Shown here in pieces: positions 37,710 through 49,495 of a DNA stretch of 64,000 bases. Made by a program: the position numbers and the translations under genes. Under the pieces are notes generated by a model. It was not told where the DNA came from, made no database searches, and worked only from the letters and a program-made list of their open reading frames with translations. The stretch is from Epiperipatus broadwayi. Its lineage: Eukaryota; Animalia; Onychophora. The stretch lies in NCBI GenBank assembly GCA_028023455.1, contig JAQFVV010000001.1:2480001-2544000 (forward strand), given 5' to 3'. Each line of letters begins with the position of its first letter. Within the stretch, counting starts at the first letter, position 1.

Positions 37710-38449
37710 TTAATAATTTCTTTAAAAAGTACTAAATATAGTTTTCATGTCAATGCTTTGTTAATTAATTTCTAATAAATTTAAAGCTAAAATAATAATG
37801 GGATTAAATACAAATATTTTTTGTAACCGTGAAAATTTTGGTACACAATATCTAGAGGAAATGTGAGATGGAAAATAATGGTATTCACATATTAGACCTG
37901 CTAAGCCTTTTCACATTCATGTCAATTTGCTGATAACTTTCTAATATTGTGACCTGATGAAATAATATGTACACTGGAACTTCAAACTTAAAATGATAAA
38001 TTTGTCAAAATGGACTATGTGTATATAATATTTTTGCAAAATTTAAAAAGTTATCAGCAGTCTGAACATGTATGTGAAAAATCATAGCAGCTCTAATATG
38101 TGACACTAATTGCACCAGATTAAATCTGAAAGAGTACATTTTTAACAATACTAAAAATATAAATTTCACATAAAAAATATTAAATATGACATGTCATTAG
38201 GCAATTTCCAAGTGTTACTTTTATTAAGTTTGTCATGAAATTACAAAACAATCACTAAAGCAAAATTGGCAAAAACCAAAAAATTTAAAATAAAAATAAT
38301 AATATTAAAATATTACTGCATCTTTATCTAAAATATTAGCATGGCTAAATATTATATCTAACATATTATGTCTATATTTAGCATAAAATTGCAAAATGTT
38401 TAATGTTACAAAATTATGAATTAGTATTCTTGAAAAAATAGGACTAGAA

Positions 38450-39100
38450 GCCACAATTAAAATGAATTATGGTGAAACAGATTAATTTTACATTGACAAA
38501 GGATTGTCACCCTATCTTTTCAATTTGTATCTAAATAAGTACTGAAGAAAGACAGATCAGATGAAAATAAATGTAGATTCATGATTGATAAAGGAAATAT
38601 TAATAAACTTAAATATGGTAATAATGCCACACTTATAGTTAAAAGTATAGATGACCTCAAACTTTTATTAGGAAAGTCAGTAAACAAATTGATAAAATGT
38701 GATTATGGATAAATATAAATAAAACAAGGATTATAATGACAAAATTTTGGATGATTTCATAATTGACAATGAAAATATAAAAATGGTTCATTTGTTTTTT
38801 GGATAATTCATCAAATAAAACAGATTCATCACTAACTAATGCTGGGCCAAAGCTCTAATTATAAATCTGAAAATGATTTTAAATGTAGAGTTGTTTATTC
38901 AAAATTGAAAATCAGAATTGTTCAAACAATGGCATTTCCTGTGACTCCATGAATACAAAAGTTAGACATTGGAAAAAGATGTGAAAATATTGATTTCTTT
39001 GAACTTGATGCTATGAAAATGAACAGAATATTTGGTATGATTAAACTTGATACTCATTTAAAACACAAATGATTATGTTAAAATTGTTATATTTTGATCA
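38450..39100 (+). mobile_element. Degenerate RTE (BovB-like) LINE remnant
   Basis: KGLSPYLFNLY-like segment and KLKIRIVQTMAFPV..IDFFEL-like segment. Confidence 0.65.
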
Positions 39101-41864
39101 CTATAGGATAATCTGGATTCCTTAAAAAGTACATAATGCTTTGTTATAAAGGTGGGTGAACTTTTTCATTACAATAATGAATGCCTTTCAGCAGCCTGAA
39201 AAATCAAACAGATGATAGACTATTCTTGAAAAATGCTATTCACATAATTGATAGAAATTTATATAGATTTGTTAGCATCTAATAATTAAAATAATACATA
39301 TTTTTTAATCATGTAATGGTAATTAAACTTCATATTTGACTCAATAAATGTAAATAAGTTAAGTACAGTTTAGCTTAATCAACTTTTTTGTACAAATATA
39401 TTAAAATAAAAATCTAAATAGCATTAGGTATATAAATGCGTATATTTATAATAAAGGATAAAATATTATTTTAGTTATACTCTTTAGACATAATAAATAG
39501 TCGTGCATATACTTTTACATTCTTTATAATTGTGTTACAGAAATCAAATAAGTGGACACAGAATTCTATAACTTATAAAAGCATTTGTTAATGATAGTAT
39601 CACTAATCACATGTGTAGAGGTAGTATTAAAATGAAAATAAAGTGCCAATATTATATTTTAATAACAAAAATATTTAATTAACAAAAGTTACTATATCTA
39701 AAAATTCACACTGGTTTACATAGATATTTGATTGCCTATGTACATCTATACATGCAAAAAACTTTAATTAGGATGTTCTTTTAACTTACTAAAACATTTT
39801 CCAATCATATTTAAATTAGTAAATTAATTTGTTCAGTGTGTGCTTGGGACACATTCTAACTTAATATATATTTAAATATTATATCATTAAATAAAAAATA
39901 GAATAAGTCTATTCCATTACTATTCCATAATCACTTTTTTATTTTGTCACAAGGAATTTTAAAATTAATCTGTGAATGAATTTAAATTTTTTTTCTCCTG
40001 GTAAATTATTTTAAGTTGTTAGTTAGAATCCTCTACATTTAACTTGACAGCTTTCTTTTGTTCTCTAAATAAAAATAATTTTTGAAGTTAAAGTGACTTC
40101 AATAGATATGTATATATGAATTTATGAATTTCTTTAAGAAATACAGAAACTAAAAATCCATTTTGTTATAAAATTATTAATTCCAAAGCAGTTTTCCTCA
40201 TGCTGGAAATATTATTTACATTGTTTTTTTTCTAGTATTAGTAAATTATCTATATAATCTCCATACTTTTTGTAATAATGTTTGATAAAATTATCCATAT
40301 AATTAATAGAAATTTTGAAATGAAGCTTCTCTTATGACATTCTTTTAAAAACTTATCTTTCTCATGATTAGACAATCCAATATGGTATTTTAGCTTTTCA
40401 CATTAAGATTGTGGGCAGCAGTTCATTTGTCTCTAGAACCATGTCTTATTACTATTGATTTGAACTGATGTATAGATAAACGAAACTACTGATATGTTCT
40501 TTGATAAAAAGTTTAATTTTTGTCTGAGTTTGGATGTGTTTTTTGTGACTATTTTGAAAATTGATTTTTTCACAATAAATACAGGATGATGAAATTTGTT
40601 ATTAAAACAACAAATTGATAATCTATTTAAATGCATTGAGAAAATATGGTAGATACATTAGTTAATTCTTACATTTAACAAAACTATTTAATTTCTTAAA
40701 GAAAGTACTAAATCTTTTCTATTTAATAAAAAAATATACTTAGAATGATGTTTCAAAATTAATTTTTAACTAAAGTAAAAATGTTTTGAAATTGACATTA
40801 TAAATATATTAGTATATTTTTAAAAATCAAGAATTTAAAATGAAAAAAAAAAAAAGGAAAAAAAAAACATTCTTTTTTACAGTAATAATAATAATAAAAG
40901 CAAATTTGTACAATCTAATACTGTATTTTAAATGAGTTTATATAATTTTAATGAAGTATTTTAAAACAGTTAATACTCATTTATTTTGTATTAGCATATA
41001 TGTATACCAATCTCTATAAATTTACAGTTTAGGCTAAGATCAAAAGGTCTCCATATAATATTGACCATAAATAAAAGTTTACAAAAACTGATCATAAGTT
41101 ATAATATTTTTTAAAATAATACATAAGCACTATTTAGTAGTTTCTTTTAGAATATTACATACCTTTTATTGAACTTATAAATAATTTTTCTGACTTCTGC
41201 TTTAATCTCTTGTCTTGCTTTACCAACTTTTTTTAAAAATTCCCTCCTCTCCTTATTAAAGCCAAACTAACTTATTTCCATCAACAGACAATATAATGAA
41301 ATTATGACTTCAGTATCAAATAGATGTTTTATTATCAATTTCATTTATAAAATTAGTATTTTTTAAAAAATATAAAAAGTTCAATTTTTTTTTATTATAA
41401 TGTTATTTATTTTAATTGTAGATAAATCTTATTTATTTTCTTCTTTACTTTCTCTTTGTTTATTTTTTAAAATTGGATTACCATAAAAGTTATGAATATT
41501 TAATATAGTACAATAATACAGTGATATTTTATTTTCAAATGTGATATCATATTTTTATCATTTTAATGACATCAATATATATTTTATTTGTGCTTTTTTA
41601 TATATATACTTTTATAAACACTAATAATATTACAAAATTTAAAAAAAAAAATTGAATGACTTAAACTTAGGAAATCTTGTGAGATTTAAGAACAGGAAGT
41701 GAAAGGTTGAGCTTTGATTCAAGGACTTTTATTTTTTGAGTTCAGCATTCTGTCTTTACATTAAATCATGTAGGCTAATTACAATATGATTCTATTTATT
41801 ATATACAATTTGTAAATTAATACACTGTACATACAGGCTTACACACACCTGCACATATATAATG

Positions 41865-42060
41865 TAATATAAGGGATTTGAATTCAGACTTTCACACAAC
41901 CGTCAACTCTCCATGCCATCTCATATTGCTGACACATCTGATCATATACATGTTGAAAAAATAAATAATCACCAATATCTGTATTTCATGCTAAACCAGC
42001 AATCATCAGTTGGTCCAGATTCTTATCCTCACACATATGTACAATCAGTGCAATTAAGAT
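41865..42060 (-). repeat. Second HHR-bearing copy of family F3
   Basis: Colinear with 8410-8595 over about 190 bp. Confidence 0.8.
41971..42014 (-). ncRNA. Hammerhead motif F3, second copy
   Basis: Minus: ACCAA-CTGATGA-TTGCTG(GTT)TAGCAT-GAAA-TACAGA-TA-TTGGT. Perfect 5-bp stem I and intact core. Confidence 0.8.
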
Positions 42061-43994
42061 AGCCAATCTTCATATTGATAAACATAAAAAATTAGACCAA
42101 AATGAACAAATGTCATTAAATAATATTTTGATTTATTTATTCATTATTTTTAACGTATTTACATTTGCCAATCTTTGATATGTTTTAAGTTTATTTTGCA
42201 GGCGTATTATATATAATGACATTATGAAATAGATCTCTTAATTCATGAGGGCATTTTGTTTTTACCTATTTTTGCTATACAAGAGTTACAACCCTGATTA
42301 TATTTCTTTTTTTTTTTTAACTATCTTTTTCATGTTATTCTTTCAGTTTCTGCTATCTTCAAAGATTTAGCCACAGCATTTAGACTTGGAATATTTACCA
42401 TTGTGATGATTCAAGTTATTGTTCAAATTATAAAAAGCTTTATAGACAATATATTTTTTTAAATTTTAACTGCTCATCAAAACTTTCTAAGAGTATATAT
42501 ACATTTGCTTTATATTGGTAGAATAAGATAGTTATTATTACCTTGTGACTAATACTAATATAAAACATCAGTATAACTGGATTGGTTCAATTCAATTTCA
42601 ATATTTTATCTACGAAAAGCATTTTGTAAATTTGAAGTCTAAGTATACACTTATCGTATGGATTTCAAAATACTTGATACCACACAATCTTGTATACAGA
42701 TTGAATGACATAAAGAGACCATTTAAATGATAAATGATGATGTGTGCGTATATTAATATGTGTGTGTTATCTCATTTTGTATATGTTACGCACATAAATA
42801 TAGAGAAAATGTTGTTGTTGTTTTTTAAAGTATACTAAATTAATTTATTACTTTAAAAAAAAAAACAGTAGTATTGAGGAAAATAATTAGTTATAATGAA
42901 TGTTTTTATGTTTGATTGTTTTTTTTAGGATTTTTTTTTTTGTAAATTTTACATTATAACCAAGAAAATGGACGAAATGCGTAGAATATAAAACTAATAT
43001 TCGAAAAAAACATTTTCTACTTTTTATTTTAATAAATATATATTAGCACTGCAGTTTCCTTTAATTATTGCTGTTTTCCACAAGATTATTATCATAAAAT
43101 CTAAGAATGAAAAGAAATTGCCTCAGGTTGTAGTCTAACCTTCTTTGCATAACAATGTAAATCTCCATTAACACTTGTGACCAGCTAAAGATGATATCGC
43201 AAATTTCAAGAAAAGATGCTTCACGTTTTATAAGCCGCATACCCTATTATATTATTCTTTTTCTAATTGATATTAAAGACATACTTATTGAATCAAGCCT
43301 CTTCTTTTTTTTGTATATATATAAAATATCGAAGTGGGGTTTTTTCAACCTTGTTGCTTAAAGAAATTCCTTTGAGTTTATCTGATTTAAAGTCTCATGA
43401 ATGAAATGTTTGTAAATAGTCTACTCTAAACTTATCACTTTCTTTTTTCTTCTAATGGGGTTTATTAGTAAAGAACTTCTTTGTTAATAATGAAAGTTTT
43501 GTTTTATTGTAGTGTTTTAAATATATAAACTTACGCACGTACTTATCGTACATATACGCATATATAACGACTAACATCAAATTGTTAGCATTTAATTAAT
43601 GTACGAAACACATATATAAATGAAAATACTCAAAGGTAGTCGTCAGTCAGATCCTCATAGTTTATCATCCTGCCATATCTATAACTTCGGTTAGAATTTA
43701 GATTAAGTAATTGGTTATTCTGCTATTATTAGTTAGAGTCTCCATTATTTTTCTATAAGGGAGAAACTGCAGTAGACTGTTTGACATATCTAAGGAGAAT
43801 AAACTGTTAATTGTGAGATAAATAAAAATCTTACACCAAAATGATTAATAAAATAATTAATAATAAAAAAAGAGTGAAAAATACAAATATTGTTAAGTGT
43901 TTCAATTCTTAATTGCTCAATTCATATATACAGTACTTTTTTTTTGTTTACACATTTTACAAATAATTTTATTTTAGTTCGTTCCTTCTTACTC

Positions 43995-44082
43995 TTTCAG
44001 TTGAACCCGAAGCCTTCATGAGAGAGATCTGTTTAAACTTGATTAGACAGATTTCAGTTGAAGGCTGCAGGTTCAGTTGAAA
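43995..44082. ncRNA. 88-nt imperfect hairpin, pre-miRNA-like
   Basis: TTTCAGTTGAACC/GGTTCAGTTGAAA, AGCCTTCA/TGAAGGCT and GAGATCTGT/ACAGATTTC stems with G-U pairs and internal loops. Small terminal loop. Confidence 0.35.
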
Positions 44083-44406
44083 TAAATGGAAGTAAAATAA
44101 AATTGCTTTAAAAAAAGTGCAAAAAAGAGAAGTGGTATATTATACTGAAAAGTATATATATTATCCTTATTATTGAATTGGAAATTTTGATTATAAAAGA
44201 TAAAGTTAAATATAGTTAAAAAATAAATGCACTGAGTTAAAAGAATCACAAGGATACACCAAATTTAATGTACAATTGCAGGGATGTAATTATAATTGAA
44301 GTAAATTAATGTTAGTTATTATAATAGATGTAGGTATGTTAAAAAGATGAAAATATTATATAAGTGGTTTGTATGAGAGAAATAATTAGCTAATATCTGT
44401 ATTAAC

Positions 44407-44449
44407 TCTTTGCCCGCCTCTTACAAGGCTCCTCATCGACATCTGACAT
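44407..44449 (-). CDS. Candidate first coding exon (MSDVDEEP[CKRRAK]) of an unidentified minus-strand gene
   Basis: ATG downstream of the CCAAT pair. Possible donors GTAAGA (exon ends 44425) or GTTAAT (exon ends 44407). Downstream exons not identified. Confidence 0.35.
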
Positions 44450-45189
44450 CACTCTAACTCAGCCAGTTTTTATACGAAAATATTCGTTAAACACGTATTG
44501 AATTCGTTTTTAAAAGTTCTGTACGATGGTGACATCTTCCGATTTATTTTACAAGTAAAAAATAGAAAAAAAAACGCATTTAAACCTAAACAAAGAAGGA
44601 ACATTATTTGTGATTGGTTCTTAGCATGCTCTCAGCCGAAAAAGACATTCTGATTGGCTGGAAAGAACAAAGAAACTGCCTGATCAAAGAAAATAAAGAA
44701 AAACGCTGAGATTTTCATTTCGAATACGATTTAATTATTATAAAAGAATATTTTGAGAAATTAAAATTATTTTCAGAGAGAATAATAAAAAAACAAAATT
44801 ATTTTCGAAAAATATTGAAGATTTAAGTAAAAATATTGAAGATGTAGTAAAAAGAAATATTTACTTTTCTATAACGTAAAAGTCGATCTTTTTGTTTACA
44901 TTATAACTTTTATGTTGCCGATATTGAATATTTTAGAATAAATAAATAGCAATTTATTTTTGAAAGAACTTTCGTTCTCTTCATAACCTGAAAAATTAAT
45001 AATATACTTTTTATAAACGTATCTGAGTTGAATTTAATATTATAGGCGAATATGTTTTAACAATAGGCTTTGTCTTCAGTTTGTGAGTTGGCCAATTAAA
45101 AGATTTGATTTTTATCTGATACAACCAATGATAAAATTAGCGGTTAAAAGAAAAATTCATTGTAATAAATAAGAATGAATAGGTTTGTG

Positions 45190-46500
45190 ATAATATAAGA
45201 TGAGATCATAAAAGATGCAGGCAAGATGAAGATCAGTGAAATACAAGAAATTGATGAAATTCCAAGTGAACTATTGAAAGCTATGTTTAGATGAATGGAT
45301 AACGTTTATATTATAGTTTATGTTACAAAAATTATATATTTTTCAATAATTATGAATATCTTAGAAAAAATGTATCCAATAAAATGGAAAGATTTTATAA
45401 CAATAAGCTTAATCTTAGATCCAGTCAAGGTGTTATTAAGAATATAAAATACATATATTTTTAATAGGGTAAGAATGCATTTATGTGAAAAGCATTTCAA
45501 GTTTAGAAAGGATAGAGAAATAAAATATGCAGTTCAAATAATGATAATTGGTATTGAGAAATACATAGAAAGAATTGTTCAGGTTAATCTTTATTTCACT
45601 GATTTTAAAATAACATTTAATAGAGTTTATTGGTTTTGTTGAATATTTTGAAGAAAACAGTTGTAGATGGTGAAAATCAATAATTATTATAAAATTTGTA
45701 ATCATATAAATTGTATAATTTCTTTTTTTTTTTTTTTTTAAAAGAAGAGATAGATTTTTAAAATGTTGATTATAAGTATGTTATCTATATCTTGCTTTAT
45801 CAACACTATCTAAAGAATTCTAAAAGAAAGGGGGAGGGGGAAAAGGGAGGGAAGGTGAGAGAGAGAGAGGGGGAGAGGGAGGGAGGGAGAAAGAAAGAGA
45901 GAGAGAGAACTTAATAAAATGTTAGATCAGATTGACAAAATTTGTAGAAAGTTTAGAAAGAAAATAAATCCATCTGATTTATTAAATATAAATTATAATA
46001 ATAAAAAACCAAAAATGGTGGCTAGATAGAAATATACAGATCAGATCATTGTTATTATATTTTAGAAAGTTAGTTATTTAATAATGAATATGACTATAAG
46101 ATGTTGAATGAAGACTGCAATATTTATATTGGCTTTTTATAAGAATAGCAGGTTATTGGAGAATTAGACAAGGGAAAGAAAATGAAAAGACCAAACATGT
46201 TTAAAATGTGTTTGGATAGACATTAAAAATATTAACTGCAATGATAATATAAATGGTGAAGAGAGTAAATAAAGAAATGTTGTATTAAAGAAATGTTTCA
46301 TTGAAAAAATTATGAAATTGAAAAGTAATTGGTGACACATACAGAATTATTGAAAGTTATATTGAAAAGATCCAAGTAGGATTTGAAGAAGGAGATGAGA
46401 AGATATAATTTTATTAGTGATTTGAAGGAATAGACTGGTTATGAACATTTAACAGTTATCATAAGAGATCTAAAGACATGGAGAAGATTATTGGAATGTT
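45190..46500 (+). mobile_element. Highly degenerate RTE-type LINE remnant interrupted by a purine tract (45825-45910)
   Basis: IDEIPSELLKAM-like start and C-terminal FISDLKE..RDLKTWRRL-like end. Confidence 0.55.
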
Positions 46501-46709
46501 AGATGTTAGATCTGTATTTTTATATTGGACTATTTCCATCATCTAATATGTGTGTTGAATGTCTTTAGAAAAGTTTAATTTTATTTAAATATTCCAAATG
46601 CATTCAACTGTTAGTAATATCACAAAAAACAGGTTAGTATATGCACCAACTGTTAGTAATACCACAGCAAACAACTGTTAGTAATATCACAGCAAACAGG
46701 TTAGTATCT

Positions 46710-46757
46710 GCACAATGTTTCGAGAGGTATTTTTTCTCCCCTCTTCTTCAGGTGTTG
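46710..46757 (-). ncRNA. Hammerhead motif F4 (core intact)
   Basis: Minus: CAC-CTGAAGA-A-GAGGGG(AGAAAAAATA)CCTCTC-GAAA-CA-TT-GTG. The mirror arm has CCTCTC-AAAA-TG-TT-GTG, implying ancestral GAAACGTT. Confidence 0.8.
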
Positions 46758-46779
46758 CTGGCCTGACCAGTGACAGTAC

Positions 46780-46861
46780 TAGCATGGATTCAAACCTGGT
46801 TCCTTAGATTCTTGATTATTAAATTTTAAGGTAATGCTCTAACCAACTGAGCCATCTTGCC
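46780..46861 (-). promoter_or_regulatory. tRNA-derived SINE head with RNA polymerase III A and B boxes
   Basis: Minus: GGCAAGA-TGGCTCAGTTGG-TTAGAGC (D-arm GCTC/GAGC) ... GGTTTGAATCC (B-box with CpG decay). Confidence 0.75.
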
Positions 46862-47602
46862 AAAGGCAACAGTATGTAATACTTTCATATCTCTGAGGTA
46901 CCTCTCAAAATGTTGTGCATATATTAACCTGTTTGCTGTGATATTACTAATAGTTAGTGCATATACTAACCTGTTTGCTGTGATATTACTAACAGTTGTT
47001 TGCTGTGGTATTACTAACAGTTGATGCATATACTAACCTGTTTGCTGTGATATTACTAACAGTTGAATGCATTTGGAATATTTAAATAAAATTAAACTTT
47101 TCTAAAGACATTCAACACACATATTAGATGATGGAAATAGTCCAATATAAAAATACAGATAGAACACCATCATCACAAACCTTCAGAAAAACATTAGATA
47201 TTAGATGTTTTGGCATATAACTAATGATGATATTAATTTCTCTGTAGTATATGCAATGATGGTTTTACATTATTGAGAGTCATTATCTACTTACAAACAA
47301 TTTTGAGGCATGAATTCGAAGAAATAGTTCACTGTTTTTATGTACAATTATTTCACTTAAAATTATTTTTCCATTTTTATTTTTTATGGTAGTTATAGTT
47401 TTTTCCTCCTTAACAGGAATATAATCAGAAAAGGAAAGAAACAACAATATAATTTTTAAAGATTTTTTAAAAAATCATTATTATTTGTAAAATGTTTTCC
47501 CTTTTTCCCTAAAAATTATTCTATAAAAGTTTTTCAAACTAAATCCTCTTATAAATTTATCAAAATCTAATCTCAAATAGAAACTCATTTTAGTTTAAAT
47601 TT

Positions 47603-47732
47603 ATTAGTAATGACTGGAAGGTTGCTATTCTTCCACATGCGCCTTACTATTACTTTCAGACGGCCAATAGCTGTCTGAAAGTAATAGTAAGGCGCATGTG
47701 GAATTAGTAATGACCGTCCAGTCATTACTAAT
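47603..47732. repeat. Nested perfect inverted repeats
   Basis: 31-bp perfect arms 47631-47661 / 47673-47703 around an 11-nt loop, enclosed by 16-bp perfect arms 47603-47618 / 47717-47732. Confidence 0.95.
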
Positions 47733-48639
47733 TTAATAACAACATGCGATTTAAACAAAATATTATTTAAATTTATTTGTAAATTTCATCCTCAGTTTAA
47801 TTACATATTACAGTTATTTCAAGTTTCATTATTATAAATTTATGAATTTTGCATATTTTTTATGCTGTATTTATATTTATTTTTACAATACTATTCAGTA
47901 TTTGTGAGTATGTCCTTTATTAATGTGAATGTTAAGTATGTCAAATACAATGGATGTTGTATAAAATGATATGATTTATTTGCAGAATTTTGTACATGTC
48001 TTAGTTTTGTTTAAGCCTAATTTCTGATTTGTCTTCTAATATGGTTCAATTCTCTGTTTAGACCTTGAATTTTTGATTTATAAATCACTCACATCTTTAC
48101 TTCTTATTAATGATTTGTTAACTGTTATACAAAAATAATCCTTAAAACAAAAGATTAAGTGAATTTTGAAATCATTTTTTAATTGGAAACTTGTCAAGAC
48201 TACCATTGGTTGCAACTATAATATAACTTAGGCTGTTTGCACAACATTGTGTGTAATCCAGTGAATATATACACACTTGTAGACCTTTATAAACCTATGA
48301 TACATGAATAATTCATGAATGAATTATCCATTAATTTTTCATCCATAATTTTGAAAAAATAATAAAATTAAGAATTTATAAATTTCTTGTATATGCTTGC
48401 TTTACGAACAAAATTACAAATAATCTTTTACTCAGTCATTTTCTTGTCTTAGGCATTTAACATTTAGTCATGTGGTTGATCTCTTACTTTACTGCTGTAC
48501 TCTCTTTTACATAAATGCATTATTTTCTTTTTTTACTAATTATTTTTGATATTGTCTTAATGAGTATATTTTAAAAATTTAATTAGTTCATATATATGTT
48601 TATATGTTAAATGCATATATAAGTGACTAACCAAAAATT

Positions 48640-49495
48640 CTCTGGTAACTATGTCTGCTGTAGTACATGCTTCTGCTTCTAGATCTCTCTTTCAGAGACC
48701 CTTATGCATTAATCTGCCGATTGATGTCATCACATGAAATCGTGGTCACATGTGACAATTTTTTTTGTAAATTGTGTTTTGCATATTTATTGATTTTGTA
48801 ATAGTTGAAAATTGGAAAAATATGAAATTCTATTTTATTTTATAGAAATTGTTAGAGAAAACAGCTGTATTGCTTGAAACAATTACAAGCAAGTTGCTTT
48901 AGAAAAACATAAGTTTACAAGTGGTTTAATGGAAGTGTTAAATTCATGTCCCAAAAAAGCATGGTGAGTGAAGGAAAATATCAAAATGATAGATTTTTTT
49001 TTATGAAAATGACATTGTTCACTTAGAATTCATTCATAACATTCAGGCATTTAGGATTTACAAGTTCTGAAACTTTTGCATAATGTGGTGTTTGTGGCAA
49101 ATGAGGACTACATGTTTCATCATGACAGTGTGTTAGCACTTAAAGCTTGTGTGTGAAACAATTTTTAATTAAATTCACCATGACCCAACTTATTCATCTG
49201 CCACATTTGTATGATTTCACTCCATGTGACATCTTTTTAATCTCACTAATGAAAAAATGTTTTTAATTTTTTTGTTGTTGTTGACTTAGATGTAGTGGAG
49301 AAAAAATGACAGGTGTTAAAAGGCATCACTTTGCAAGTGTTTCTGGACTAAATTCAAAAAGTGAAAAACATGTTTAGCCACTGCATTGCATTAAATAGAC
49401 TATATTTTGAAAGTGATTAAATTTGTAACAACTAAAAATGAATATACAATTTTTTATTATGAAATTGCAATTACTTTTTAGTCCTGCCTCATATA
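48640..49495 (+). mobile_element. Mariner (Tc1/mariner) transposase remnant, internally deleted
   Basis: Degenerate IVHLEF, MFHHDS (HHDNA), YDFTPCDIF (SPDLAPCDF) and LNRLYFESD (GEYFEGD) motifs in the expected order, with a mariner-like right end. Confidence 0.8.

Larger units (their letters stand above)
42620..45300. promoter_or_regulatory. CpG-retaining promoter-like region with two CCAAT boxes
   Basis: Dozens of CpG by eye versus sparse flanks. TGATTGGTT (44611) and TGATTGGCT (44651) are 40 bp apart, about 160-200 bp upstream of a minus-strand ATG at 44449. Confidence 0.55.
46510..47160 (-). mobile_element. 651-bp fold-back element: inverted arms with internal 42/23-bp repeats enclosing a tRNA-derived head and an HHR (family F4)
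   Basis: 46510-46729 and 46897-47160 are near-perfect reverse complements. The unique core holds A-box, B-box and HHR motifs on the minus strand. Confidence 0.88.

Noticed and set aside
46600-47065. Regular short repeats resembling a CRISPR array
   Set aside because: The repeats abut without unique spacers, occur as mirrored arms, and there are no cas genes. The context is eukaryotic.
47660-47700. Possible HHR in the nested palindrome (stem-loop followed by TGAAA)
   Set aside because: No CUGANGA core and no stem I or stem III.
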